Positions 16,833 through 30,465 of a stretch of DNA of 64,000 bases are shown here, in pieces. Where the stretch lies: NCBI RefSeq assembly GCF_009914755.1, contig NC_060936.1; one strand, 5' to 3'. The notes under the pieces were generated by a model. It saw only the letters and a program-made list of their open reading frames with translations. It was not told the origin of the DNA and made no database searches. This stretch comes from the human T2T-CHM13v2.0 reference genome, Homo sapiens. The position numbers and the translations under genes were made by a program. How positions within the stretch are numbered: position 1 is the first letter of the stretch; the number at the start of each line of letters is the position of its first letter.

Positions 16833-19174
16833 TAACCAACGGTTTTGGAGCTTTCACTATGTAGCAGATATTTACTAGTTGGTGAGTAGGCAAATGTTAT
16901 AAGTTGGGAAGTAGTGGAGCTGATAAGTGAACACAAACCCTCTAGTTTCTATTTTATTATGGTAAGTGTGAGTGTATGTCTCCACACTCACTGCTGCTCT
17001 TGATCTGCAATTGTTCTTTGGTATTTCCAACAGTTCCAAGGGCAGCATTGCCTTTAACTCCATTGACTCTAGTAGCCATCAAACTTTATCTTCTTTTCCC
17101 ATTTGTCCCAGGAGGATCCTGGGAGTGTGGAATGAAAGATAAAGAACCTTAAGCTGAGCCCTAAGTGCCCTAGACTGGCTAAAGAGGTGGGTCTGGAGGT
17201 CAGGAGTGCTCTTAAACCCCAGGGCTTGCTGATGCTCTTCCCAGGTCTGAGTTTCCAACCCCACCCAGAGATTGTTGGTTTGAGAATCAGCATAGTTTAC
17301 CTGGCTGAACTTCGCGTTATTGGCATTTCTGTCCCCAAGAACAGTAAGGAATTTGGTTACCCTGGGCCATGGCTGGGGCACTGGTTAGCAGCTGCCCCTC
17401 CTGCTCATTATGCGGCTCTATTTCAACAAGACTTGAAAACCTTTGTCTTCAGAGAACTCTCCGGCTCTAAGCTTTTGTGCTTTTGTTTGGAGCAGCCTGT
17501 TCTTGTACTTGTAGTTTCAGGTAAGGCATCTGATGTGTAATTAAAGGATAAACACAGAGAGAAATAAAAGTATTTTATTACTTATATGAAGTGAAGTAGG
17601 TGCAAATAATAAAAAGTGCAAATGAATTTGAGAGAGGAATTGTGCAAGCCCTTAAGGGGCTATTACCCATCTTTAAAAACCAAGAGTTGCTTAACATTTT
17701 ACTACTTTGTATTTTCATCTTCATTTAGAACATAAATTTACGGTGACTGCTGGCAAGTTAAGGAGTATCTTCTTTAATAACTAAGCTTTTTATTACAAAT
17801 GTTTGAATCTTACTGCAAATTATTTTGATATTATTACACATCTTCCTCCTTCAACAATACTTTCTAGAATACTATTATAATACCTCCTGTGTGTGAAGCC
17901 TGTGTGTGCAGAAAACCCAAAGATGTTAAGAATAAACTTTTAGATTTACTGTAGCCCATAGTAATTTGCTGCCCCAGATACAGTGTTTTGGGATTGCATG
18001 GGATAAAGGACTCCAAATTGCAAGCTATGCAAGAGAGAAGACATTATGGTTCTTTGCTTTTAGACAAGAAATACATTTGTAATATTAACTTCCCAATGTA
18101 TTGATTTGTGGAGTTGGACAATGTTCAACTTAAAAAAGTTGTTTTATCGGAGTAACGCATGCACATGGTTTCAGAAGTTGAATAGGACTAGTAATCTTAT
18201 TGATGAAACTATAGTATTCTCATGCATACCCTTCCACTCTCCATTGATAGCTATTTTCTACTATTTCAGCTCTTTATTCTTGCACCAGCTCCATAGTTCT
18301 AAATAATATGCATATGCTGCTATTGTTTATCAATTTTAGATATTGAAGTAAATAAAGATTTTAGCTCTTCTACCTCCTACCCCATCCTCCAATATAATTA
18401 TATGAAAATTTTCTAACAATTCATATTTTGTGTTTTCATTATTCTGACTTTATAAATATTATTCATAGCTGAGCTTAGCAGTATGATTATATTTTTTTGT
18501 AAATACTTGTTATTGTTGTTATTATTTTCTGGGCTCTGTTTCCTGCTGCTGTTGAAACATTTTTCATCAGGCACAATTACTACACTAGGCTGATGACCAG
18601 AATTTGCCAGGCCCTGTGGTTAGTGGATGTCTCCACTACCTGTACCTCTTCTGGCAGCACGTTCTTCTAGATTGATTCCCTCTGGCTTCTACCCAACCCC
18701 ATTGAGCAGCAGAATGTGAGGCTCCACCAGAGCCCAAGATTCATACGTAGGGTTTAGAGATGGCAAGAAGGAAGAGCAACATAATTAAAGGCAAGAGCCA
18801 AGCTTGAGCATGGGATTGTCTAGAAAGAGTTTTCTGAGATCTTTAGATGTTGTGTGCTATAGAATCTTACCATAGGGTGGATGTGGGCACCAAGTTAAGT
18901 GATAGCTTTAGAATCACAGTTGAGGTTTCTATTTTCTTTGTAAATAGGCCATGAACATTTGTGCAACCTAGAAATTGATTTCATTCAGAAATATAGTATT
19001 TGACTCACAAAACTTGGAGCCACTCACCACACATTTAGCCATCAGGCCCCCTTTGGCTGTGTCCTCCTCTTTTCTTTTTCTTGTCACTAGTTGAGAAAAA
19101 TCAAATGCCTGCCAGCAGTTTCACTCTAGCCTGCATTGCAGATCCTCAGAAGACTCAAGCTCAAAGGGAATCAA

Positions 19175-19177
<3 letters not shown>

Positions 19178-19213
<36 letters not shown>
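19178..19213. repeat. (CA)n microsatellite
   Basis: Seen directly; ggaatcaaagca is repeated on either side. Confidence 0.95.
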
Positions 19214-19218
<5 letters not shown>

Positions 19219-21964
19219 AACCAACCACAAAAGGAATCAAAGCAAGTGCAAACACACACACATATTGGTCTTCTCTGGATTTTTATTTAACCATCTCTGA
19301 TTCTATTAAGACCTTGAGTACACACATCAGAGCATATTAAACTTTGAGATGGGGATGTATGAGAAGACATTGCTTGATAAATGTTATTTGCCAGACTTTA
19401 TTTTTAATTCCTGTCTACGAGAATGAGAACCACTCCAGAATCCTCCTTTTTCTGATTCTTTGTGGCTAGAGAAATAGAAGAGGTAATAAAAGATGAAAGT
19501 ATTGGCAGGGATGGGGTGATGGGAAGCTTGGAGAAGACCATCCCTGTTGCGTTTTTACTTTCAAACTCTGGATATGGAAAAAAACATCATTTATAATCAT
19601 CAAAGCAAGTTCACTAGTTCATAAGCCAAGAATATGAATAGAAAAATGCTGGTAAGTAATTTTAATAAAAACCGAAGTCCCTGTTTCAGTTTTCCTGTTT
19701 TATGCCCCTAGGGATGGGAATAATACTCAAAATATTTACAAAATTATCAGGCTTCTCATGGTCAATGAAGGGAGACTCCTAGACTTTCTTCCAGTCTCGT
19801 TACTGATATTTAGTCCATTAGAGCATGGATTAGGATTTTCTTCTTAAAACTTTTACTTTAAAGGCATGATTTACAAGTAGAAAAAACAAATCCTAGAAGT
19901 GTATTCAAATCTTGAATAAATGGAAAAAGAAATGTTTGACTAATTATTGGAATTAATATATCTCAAGATAGAATTTGTGATCCATAAACCAAATAGAAAT
20001 GGTATACAGAAGATCCAAAAATCAAACATTTGTGAGTGTTTAGCACTGTTCTTACAAGAAGATGTTAATAAGCTGGCATTATAAGCATGAGGTCCACTTA
20101 GCAGGTGTATCGATAAACCTGGAGATTGATATCTCAGCATATCAATCTGATGCATGGATCTTGCTTTTAACTCTACTTGCCCCTAATCTGTATTGTCAAG
20201 AAAACTTCATGTTGTAATCTGGTTTTCCATATACAGTTTCTATAGGGAGCAGGTATTTGATCAACTGACATGAACATCCGAATCAGCTTGGTAGCTTTGG
20301 TTCTCACTGTGAATGAACTAGATTTTGGTTTGGGTATCACATTCTAGAGATGTGGACCTGCATGAGCCCAGCCATCAGAGAACTGGCATGTTCCGGTGTA
20401 CTAACAAAATCAAATTAGCTTTCAAATTTGAGGTAATCCAACTAACTTACTCCCCTTTCTCCCTGCAGGTCTGTTTCTGCATTTGCAGGGCCCTGGATAA
20501 AAATACAAATGAAAGGCTCAGGCCTGTGCTTTATCCTTTTTCTCTTTCCACCGATGGCTCTAACCTTCACATCGGAGGTTTGTGAGCATGCATGAAGACC
20601 TCCAGCCACCAAGTCCAAGCTCTGTCCTAGTTCCTGCCTGCCCAAAAGCCACCCATTGAGTACCTCTTGGCTCTAGGGGTCCATATGTGGCAATGGCTGC
20701 CTTTGGGAGGAAAGACCCTAGAAGGACCAAGCAGGATCTGGCACTCACTACAGGCCATTTGGCGAGGATGGTCTGAGGGTGAGGGGTTGACCTTAAAGTG
20801 GACAAATCTTTTTGGCTTTACGGACTTTTCACCCTGTGGAGAGGAGTTTAGCCAGAGCAAAGCCAGGTTGGGGCTCAAGGCAAGGGACCTGGTTGCTCAG
20901 CTCTAACAGTGATACTGTCCACTTGATCCCCCTTTCCCCACTGCAAAGACATGCCCGAGTGACCATGTTACCTCTTAGGATGACCTCTCTGTCTCCACTT
21001 TCAAAAACTGCAACCGTTTCTAACAGAATGTATTTTGTCAAATTGTGGTCTAAGGGGGATCTGACTCAAGCCTAGGGACCATAAACAAAGAAGTATCTTG
21101 TTTGAAATCACTCTCCAGAGAACTGAGAGTAATTTTGGGGCTCTCTATTAACATTTGTATAGGTTTCTCAGATGCCAGTCCGGAGTCACAGCCTCTTAAT
21201 TACAGGGTCAAAGACAGAAAAGGCTTTACTTAACTGCTAATGAAAGTCCTTAATCCGAATGAACCTGAACTATTTAGCCCAGGAAAATTCTTGCACAGTG
21301 TCAGCAAATGATATTCAAATAACTTTAAAATAATCGAGTCTTCCAGAGTTTTGTGCTTGGCTCACGGAAACAAGAATTTGAAAGGAACAAACTGGAATTT
21401 ACTTGCTTATAAATGTGCTTTGGGGCAAAACGGTTGCAAAAGCGACCACATTTTGTTTCAAGAGATTTCTCTGCACACACACTCCATCCGGCCTAGCTTA
21501 CAGAACAAAGCCACAGAGCTGCATTAACTGTGGAGCAGAAAAGGAATTTCATCTATACAGCCAGCTGGTCTATCATATATATTATAAAGGGGGGTTGGAG
21601 GGGAGGAAGAGAAAAACATAAAACATAACGACACAGAGCAATTTCATGCAATCCTTGATAGGAGATGCCTTAAAGTTAAATGGATGGGAAATCAATATTT
21701 GCAGAGTTCTGGGTGAGATAAAAGGTTGGCCCTTTCTGATAATATTGAAATGGCTGAAGAAGTGTGGCCAGGGGAAGAAAAGACTGGCCTCCTTGGCTGT
21801 TCATTCCATTTTATTTTATGTCAATCATTTATTCAACCAGTATTTACATATCTGTTATATGTAAGGTATCATTCAACAAGAGACCATTTCTACGAATTCT
21901 TTTCCTTTACCTCCTTTCTTATCTTTTCTTCTATATCCGTCTTCAGCTAATGATAACTAGGGAG

Positions 21965-22130
21965 GCAGTATAACATAACAGTTAACCACTCAAGCTCTGT
22001 AACCTTGGGGAAGTTATTTTACATTTCTGAATCTTGATTTCTTCATGTGTAAAATAGGAATAGTAATAGTGCCTACTTTACATTAGTGGCTTGGCAAACA
22101 CTAAGCTCCCAATAAATGTTAAATATGAAT
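21965..22130 (+). mobile_element. MIR remnant
   Basis: gtaaccttggggaagttattt...tttcttcatgtgtaaaataggaatagtaatagtgcctac. Confidence 0.6.
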
Positions 22131-22341
22131 AATACTATGAAAAGGATTATAATAATTTGTTTTATAGACAGAGATAATTTAGAAGTCACCTTTGGGAAAA
22201 ATAACATCCACAAGAAGTGAATCTAGGATAATGTTTGTACCTTCCAACATTTTGTATTTCTTGAGCATGAAGGAACCACCAACATTTATTGACCAGGTAC
22301 TATGCAAAGATATAAGTAAAGATTTTTGAATATGTGATACT

Positions 22342-22963
22342 TGTCAGGGAGGATAAAAAAGCTTTTTCCTCTACTTTTAGGTTCAGTGGCTGGGACACTT
22401 GAAAATAAACTGACAAGACACAAATTAACAGCAGAAAAAGGTTTATTTCATATGCATTTAGGGGGCTCACAGAAATGAGGCAAAAACTCCAAAGAGGCAG
22501 TCAAACCTGGAAGCTTAAATATTAATATCATTTTGTAAAAGAGGGATAAATTGTGGAGACGTGACAAGAAAGAAAGGAAAGGGGTTTGTGCTTCTCTAGG
22601 TAGTAAATATGGGGAAGGTAAATGTGTGGGGGAAGGTAAATGTGTAGGGGAAGGTAAATGTGTGGGGGAAGCTAATGAAAGACAGGTTGTCTTATAAGGT
22701 TGGTTATGCAGATTCCTCTCCCACGTCTCAGAACAGGTAGAAGTCTAGAGTTGTCTGGTGATTAAAAGTTGTTCTGCCCTTCCTGGTATGAGAGAGGGAG
22801 AGGAGGATGACTTCATGAAGGAAAATTTATTCCCCACTTTAAGGCAAATGGGGGAATATAGAGAACTTTTTCCTTCATCTACTGTTTCTTAATTGCCTTC
22901 AGCTCAAAATAATCTTTATGCCAAAGTGGCAGATTCTGAGATGGCATATTCTGATTCCTTCCA
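22342..22963 (-). mobile_element. ERV1-type solo LTR (MER31/MER34/MER39-like) with an internal 18-bp tandem repeat x3 (22611-22670)
   Basis: TG...CA ends; motifs acaaattaacagcagaaaaag and cttcagctcaaaataatctttatgccaaagtggca; ggggaaggtaaatgtgtg repeated. Confidence 0.7.
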
Positions 22964-22974
22964 TATTAATTAAT

Positions 22975-23150
22975 AACCCTCACATAATACCCTATAAATT
23001 GGGCACTATCACAACCTCCATTTTATATTTGGATAAACTGAGGCTCAGAGAGGTAAGATACTTGTTATGTTTATACAACTGGTAAGTGGTGGAGCTGGGA
23101 ATCAAATCTAGGCCTCCAGAGCCCAGAGCCAGCATTCTCAGCCATTACTG
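22975..23150 (-). mobile_element. MIR remnant
   Basis: aaactgaggctcagagagg...gtaagtggtggagctgggaatcaaatctagg. Confidence 0.75.
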
Positions 23151-24114
23151 TCCCTGAAACTCCTCATGGACAAGATGGTGGCAGAAATCCTGAAACAGCC
23201 AGGATTACAGATGAATTCTGATTCTAATTTTTAGATTATGGAGAATACCAGTTGGTTCAGGAATTGGGTCCCAGATTCTGTTTGGTCATCATCTAAAGGA
23301 ACTCCTCATACTGTGCCAGATGATGGGCTCTTATTACAATAAGAAGAAAGGCATGTTCTGAAATTCGGAATTAAGCGTCTGAAGCTACTCTTTACTGTGG
23401 TTCCATAGTGAAGTTATTCTTTCCTCCTTTGTTTATTCTCACCAGAGGGCAGGGACTGTTTTCAGCACTTGGCAGTGTCCTTGCACATTTATGTGGCTCC
23501 CTATTTGTACAATAAGTAAATGTTGGTAGATTGGTGCTCCTGTCTGTAGATGAAACAAAATCTACTACATAACTGGAGAAAAACAATTAGGGCCTCGAAA
23601 AACCTCAAGGTTGAATAATTTGGCTTTACTAAATGAGCAGTATATATAAAATAATTCGAAGAATTCTGAAACTAGTTACAGAATTCTTCCTTGCACAGTT
23701 TTTTTTTGTAATTCATCAAATCTAAATTCTCAAGAAACTGGCTCTGTTGTTTTGCTTGTTATTTATTACAGGTTCAGATTAGTTCATTTTCCTTGTAAAT
23801 AGAGCACTCTCAGAGTTCATTGACAGATCCTTGGTTTCCCATTTAACGGCTCTAAATGTGTTTTCTCTTGGGAGAGGGGTTGTTGGAAACATTTGCGGTT
23901 GATGAGCCATTTGTAGATTGATGCCTGGTCAAAAAGGTTCAGTTCCTACCAACCCATATACCCATAGAGGCCATAGTAGCTGGAGGCTGGGGCAAATATG
24001 AAGGTGAATTTAGACTACTGAATATAAATATTATCATATTGAGGTACAGAAACTTACAGGCAATTGCTTTATTATTTCCACACAAAACTCATCTCAGGAT
24101 ACTGTCTAAGCAGG

Positions 24115-24395
24115 AAGTCTGTTGCAGTGGTTAAGAATGCAGTCCTGGAGATGTCCACCCAGCCATTGGACTGCAGCATCCATCTTGCTGTTAAGAGGAG
24201 AGGATGGGCCTGAATGAGGTACCAACATGGCCAAAAGCAGATCTGAGAGAGTGAGAAACCAGGTCCTGAAGATGCAGTTGGACAGCCCTGATCAAGCTCA
24301 GCTCAAAGCCAGAGCTACTCCCACTAGATTGTTCAGGCACATAAGCCAAAATATTTCCATTTTGCCTTAACCATTTTGGGTGGGGTTTTGCCCCA
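24115..24395 (+). mobile_element. MLT1-type LTR fragment
   Basis: gagaaaccaggtcctgaaga...ccattttgccttaaccattttgggtggggtttt resembles the MLT1 3' end. Confidence 0.55.
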
Positions 24396-27300
24396 TCATT
24401 CACATTCTAGTCTCCATATATCAAAAATGTTTTCAATCTCCAAGCCTAGTTTAAATGCACCTTTCTGTGAAGGCTTTGTCATTCCCACAAGCTTTCCTTA
24501 TTCCCTCCCTGCAAAATGATTTCTGCCTGTCTCCCTCCCTTCCTCTACTCGCATCAACTATTCAGTTGGCTCCTTAACTAAGATCCTTACCAATTATGCC
24601 TTGAACTGTTAAGTGCCTGGGGACTCTGGAGCCAGATTGCTGAGGCTGCCATCCTGGCTACAACACCTACTAGCTATGTCATGTCTTGCCTAATAGGGTA
24701 TAAGGAGCTCAAGACAAAGATCTTGGCTTGAGCTATTTTTCTGTTGTGCCACTTCATCTTGTTAGGCCGTTGTCCCATCCCTATGAACACAGCCTGTTTT
24801 TAGACCTCCCTTTGAGTTCATGCATTGCCCTTCTGCCCTCCTCCTCCATCAGAGGACTGATATTTCTTTGGCCTCCATCCTATACTCACACTCTAGGTCT
24901 TTGCCTAGCCTTGCAAATATATTGGGATCCTTGATTTCCTGAGTCTTCTCCATTCTGTTGAAGCCTAGTCAGGATTATGACATAAATATACAACCTAAGT
25001 AACAGAATCATCCTTTCTGGACAGGTTAAGTTTGCTCCAGTGGTTTATCTTGACTGCAAATGATTCATTTTGCAGAATGACATAAAGTAACTCCTATTCC
25101 CTGGCCACTAAAAATCATCCCTTCGAAACCTTTACTGTCCTGCCTTTTCTTTCCTAAGAGGCAGTCCAAGGGGTTAACTATTGACAAAAATCCTTCATTT
25201 AAATGAACGAATTCTGAAGTTTATGGAAAGGATATTATATCCAGATGTTCATCTAAGATGTTGTCCTTGAGCAAATGGGAAAATAAAACAATATAATTTA
25301 ATAGAGTCAAGATGCATAAACAGAGAAGAAGGAGGATTAAAGGCTTTTAGACAATGGCCTGGGTTATGATTTCATTTCTGCCACTTAAATATGTGACTTT
25401 CAGCAAATCACGTAATTTCTCAAAATGGGAAATTGTTCCCTTCTGCAAAATGTGACTAATAATAATCCATTTTATCTCTATTACACCGAGCTGTGATGAT
25501 GATCAAACTGGCGGGTGTATAGTTGCTTTCTACGTAGATAAGGTGCTGCTGTTATTACTATTACCAAGTGCTCTAGGGTGTGAAGTCTCATTTCTTAGTG
25601 GGACTGTTACACAACATGTGGTAAAGATTAAACTCCAACATCATTGAGAAATGCAAGTTTAACTCTTTATGAATTGGCCACATGTATTTTGTGGCTGAAG
25701 TAAGGTCTGAATTTCTGAAATCTGTTCCTGTTATTTCCACATTTAGAGCTGACAACTATAATTAGATTAGATGACAATAATGTAACATAACTATGTAAAT
25801 ATAATTATGACAGGTTAAAGAAATAGAGCACAAAAGCAAGTAGAAAAGCAAGTGGGAGTATTGAACTGGAGGGATCTATCAGGGTGGTGGGTTCAATGTT
25901 CTTTAGGCTTATTGTTGTATTCTGGGCTTGTACCTACCTCATTCTAATCAGCATTGGATTTCCCTGCTTTAACATTATATAGCTTTTACCCAGACTCCTT
26001 CTCATCATGGTGTGAGCTTAAATTTGGTGCTATTGAATTTGTCTTCCTAAAGTATCCCTCAACAAGATTAATTTAGCTGAGGTCTTCCTATAGATAGTCA
26101 CTGGGTTGACATTCACAACGATGTTGCAAAAACAACCTGCATAAAACTGATGGCATCTTAGCACAGATCAAGGCAGCAGCACCAACCTTACTAGTAGTCA
26201 TTGATTATACTCTTTACTACCAATGACACCCAACCTTGGCTCCCTGAACCCCTCTGTGTAGGGCAAGACCTCAGATGGGATGGCCAGGTAGTGTCTTCGG
26301 GAGGTTAGACCACTGAAGTACTGAGTGCAGGCAAAGACACCTTATCCACAGGCATGGCAGGGAAGCCCAGAGCCTCTGGACTTATTTTTGGGCAACAAAA
26401 AACTCAGGAGGAACTGGGACAAACTAGAGATTAGAGATTTTTCTCCTGGCTCTGGGTTCCAAGAATTCTCTTGCTTTCTGGTCTTATCTTGCAAGCAGAT
26501 TCAGGCTCTTTCCACCAGCCAGGCAAAACGGGAGCTTAAATAAAATAAAGTTGACTTAAAGGAAATAAGGAAATGCCAAGGGAATAATTCTGGCACACTG
26601 AAGTTTGTGAATGGAGATGAATATCTACTAGTGTAATAATGCGTATGGCATTTGTATTCTCCCTGTTTAGGGGACCACTCGTTTTATGGAAGATATGTTA
26701 TTGAAGTGTGTGCCTGTGTGGCATTTGTTTTGTTCTAAAGCCAAACTGAAGTTCATTATACTCTGCTAAGCCCCTAGTGACTTACAGGGTTAGAAGTGTT
26801 TTTTAAGGCAATTGATGACACCACAGCAAAAGCAAAATCAGAATGTGGGAAATCCTTCAGCACATTCTTTGGAAGATGAACAAATACAAGCAGAAAGGAA
26901 TCCAATAGGGAAAGAAGAAATTCACTGAAAGATAAAAAGTAAATGAGGTAGAGAAGATTGACTTTGCCCACACATTATCCACTTAGTCATTGAATAAGAG
27001 GACAAGCACAAATCAATAATTCTAGTCAACTCCTTGAATTCTCATTTTCCCCAAATAAGATTCCTTCTCTCATTTCAAATCTACCCAGATTACAACTTTC
27101 TTTTTGCTACAAGAATTGAGCCCATCCTAATTACCTACCTCAATTATTTTATTCACGTGACAAATATTTATTGAATACTTCCTAGGTGCCAGCCATTACG
27201 TATACAAAGAAAATAACATATGATCGTTGATGCAGCAGAGACAATATTAATGTAGCACCAAACCGTGTTTCCTGTTCTTTCCAGGCACACAGCTAGATGG

Positions 27301-27529
27301 AAACAGGCTAAGAGAAGGTTAAGTTGGCCAAGGTTACATAGCTAGTAAAGTTGCAGAGCAGAATTCACACTTATGGTAGAGCAAAATTCAAATTAGGTAG
27401 TAGGCTCAAAAGCATACCATTAGCTGACATTCCCTGTGTAAGTTCTGTGCCAACCTGAATTTCAGTAAGGACTTCACTGGAAGGTAAATTTTATGAGGGC
27501 TAGCAACCTCCCCTGCAATTATGTAGGGT

Positions 27530-27910
27530 AATATGGCAGAGTCAGTAGAGCGGAGGTAGAAATGATGTCTGTCGTTTCCAGTCTTGACCTATCAACATCT
27601 CTCTCATAGTCCTCTGTGGGCTCTTTTTTTCCACATCTGCCAGCCAAATGCTGATGAACTAGTAGAAGATTCCAAGGTCCTCAGGGATGAGGAAATCACC
27701 CAACGGAAGATCCTAGAACCCTGGAATGCTGAATGACTGTATGGAGTAAATGACTCCTAACTGACTCCCATTGGACTATAACGTGTGAAAACACACATGC
27801 ACACACATGCGCCCCCGTGCGCGCACACACACACACACATCTTTATTGGGCTAAGCCACTGAGATTTTAGGCTTATTTGTTTTAGCAGTTAGACTGCCAT
27901 GACTAATATA
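27530..27910 (+). mobile_element. MLT1-type LTR with internal (CA)-rich repeat
   Basis: Ends ctaagccactgagattttaggcttatttgttttagcag...gactaatata. Confidence 0.6.
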
Positions 27911-28544
27911 TGTGCCATTAAAAAAAAAAGTCTACAGTCCAGTAAGGGAGAGAGGAATGTAAAAAATATCACACCTCATAATAATTATTCCTCTCAGAGA
28001 CATCATGGTGCTATGGTATTTATGAATGCTCTTTGTTACCATATTCATAGAACCCTGAAAGGGAGATGACCGATTGTCCTACATGTGATGCTCAGAACAG
28101 GAGTAAAACACAAATAGTTCAGGGGCCAGGTTTCACACGTGTAAGTGTGAGCCAATGGGAGAGCAGCCAAAGGCGAGACAAGAGGGAGCTCTAGGAAGTG
28201 GGCCTGGCTGAAACTGGCACACCCATATCAAAGCAACCAGATTGATTCTTTTAAAAACTTTATTGGCTAAACAAAAAAATGACCAGCTTGAAGTCACAGT
28301 TCTCATGTGGGAGATTTCACCTAGATGTCTCTAGGTGACCCCATTCTAGTGCTGATTGTCAAGAAGTTCTTGGGTGTATAATATGTTCTTATACATTTTT
28401 CCTTGAATATCATCTAAAGGCACACTTTCCAGTCCAAGATTCTGGATCTTAGTGCCTTGGATCTTAGTGCCTTGTTCCTTTGAGACCTACAAGTTTTGAT
28501 CTCTAAGAGTCCAAATTATTAATCTAATACATAATTAGTGACAA

Positions 28545-29480
28545 GATCAGCTACATAATTTGTGGAGTCCTTTGCAAAATGAAAATACGTGCCCCCCCAT
28601 CCAAAAAGCATGAAAAAATGCTGTTTTGGTACCAAAATGTTAAACTTTTAAAAATAATAAAAATTGTAGGTACATAGTAGATGTATATTTTTATGGGGTA
28701 CATGAGATAATTTGCTACAGGCATGTAATGTGTAATAGTCAAATCATGGAAAATGGGGTCTCCATCTCCTCAAGCATTTATCCTTTGTGTTAGAAACAAT
28801 CCAATTATATACTCTTTTAGTTATTTTTAAATGTACAATTAAATTATTATTAACTGTAATCACTCTGTTGCGTTATCAAATATTAGGTCTTATTCTTTCT
28901 AACTACAACATATTAAAATTTTACCATGCCTGATATGTCCTGCCCTGGCTGGGGACAAGTAAGTCCTCCAAGGCATGCACCTTCCAAACCAGAATGCACT
29001 TAGCACCTGGCTCAAGCATGGGTGACAGGCTCGCACTTCCTGAACAGCCCACTGGGTGCACTGTGGAGCTGTCAATCCAGGGTGGGACTGTGGCCACCAC
29101 TCCCTAAGATGCCACAGGGAACACACACCCAACCTCAGCCCTTCCCTCTCCCTTGCCCAGACTCTGGCCAGAGTCAGAGTCCTGCCCCCTCCCCACAAGA
29201 CCTGGTTGCCATCCAGGGCACCACGGGTGGAGGGTAAGCAGCCAATAACCCAGGTGGTGATGGGCACTGAAGCGGCGGGAGGTGGGGCCCCACATAAGCA
29301 GAGGCTCCAGGTGCCCACCTGTGCTCCATTGTCCCATCAGACTTCATCTACACACAATTCAAAGATAAAATTTTAAGAATCTGAAGACAGCAATGCGAAG
29401 CATTGAATCCAAGTGGGGAGCCCTTCTGACTGGTGGCCCTGTGTCACTGTGCTGCTCACAGACCCACGAATTCGGCCCTG
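28545..29480. mobile_element. MER45-type hAT DNA transposon fossil, interrupted by an L1MA 3' end
   Basis: gctacataatttgtggagtcctttgcaaaatgaaaat at the left end; ggccctgtgtcactg...ggccctg at the right end. Confidence 0.65.
28650..28902 (-). mobile_element. L1MA-type 3' end
   Basis: gtacatagtagatgtatatttttatggggtacatgagata...ctcaagcatttatcctttgtgtt. Confidence 0.8.
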
Positions 29481-29810
29481 ATTATGGGACACCTACTACC
29501 TGCTAGGCACGGGGATGCCATTCTGAACAACATAGACCAAGTCTCTACCCTCATGGAGTTTATACCCTTACAAAGTCCTTACTGAAATGTAGATAAGCCT
29601 GAGAGGGGTCATAGTTCAATGAACAATTTAATTAGAGGGAAGAGTTTGCAGATGGTCAGCTTTTGAGCTTACCACAAAGATTTGAAATGTGGACTCTGCT
29701 CTTCCACTTTTATTAGCAGTGTTGTGACATTGCACAATTTACTTAACATACCCTAAGCCTATTTCTTCATCTGTAAAGTGGGAATGATAATAACACCAAT
29801 TTCTTTTTTT

Positions 29811-30240
29811 AGATAGACTGGATTATCTAAAAATGATAGACTGGATTAAGAAAATGTGGCACATATACACCATGGAATACTATGCAGCCATAAAAAATGA
29901 TGAGTTCATGTCCTTTGTAGGGACATGGATGAAATTGGAAATCATCATTCTCAGTAAACTATCGCAAGAACAAAAAACCAAACACCGCATATTCTCACTC
30001 ATGGGTGGGAATTGAACAATGAGATCACATGGACACGTGGAGGGGAATATCACACTCTGGGGACTGTGGTGGGGTGGGGGGAGCGGGGAGGGATAGCATT
30101 GGGAGATATACCTAAGGCTAGATGACGAGTTAGTGGGTGCAGCGCACCAGCATGGCACATGTATACATATGTAACTAACCTGCACAATGTGCACATGTAC
30201 CCTAAAACTTAAAGTATAAAAAAAAAAATAAATAAATAAA
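29811..30240 (+). mobile_element. Young 5'-truncated L1 (L1PA2/L1HS-lineage; ORF2 tail + 3'UTR + poly(A))
   Basis: Encodes the ORF2 C-terminus (MIDWIKKMW...GGN*), GAG-type 3'UTR, A/(TAAA)n tail; 387/388 identical to 61978-62365. Confidence 0.95.
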
Positions 30241-30269
30241 GTTATTGGCATGGAAATGAGAAAAAAAAA

Positions 30270-30465
30270 TTTTAAATTATACTTTATGTTCTGGGATACA
30301 CGTGCAGAATGTGCAGGTTTGTTACATAGGTATACAGGTACCATGGTAGTTTGCTGCACCCGTCAACCTGTCATCTACATTAGGTATTTCTCCTAATGCT
30401 ATCCCTCCCTAAGCCCCCAACCCCGACAGGCCCCGGTGTGCGATGTTCCCCTCCCTGTGTTCATG
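30270..30465 (-). mobile_element. Older L1PA7/8-like 3' end; its TSD encloses the young L1
   Basis: ttatactttatgttctgggatacacgtgcagaatgtgcagg...; 16-bp TSD aataacaccaatttct at 29789-29804 and 30466-30481, set inside a MIR. Confidence 0.88.

Noticed and set aside
29811-30269. Idea that the short L1 is a direct daughter of the full-length L1 in this window
   Set aside because: The tag after its poly(A) does not match the 3' flank at 62402+, and the long copy has a private change (G62165). Sibling origin or gene conversion fits better, although parentage before decay is not strictly excluded if the tag belongs to the older L1.
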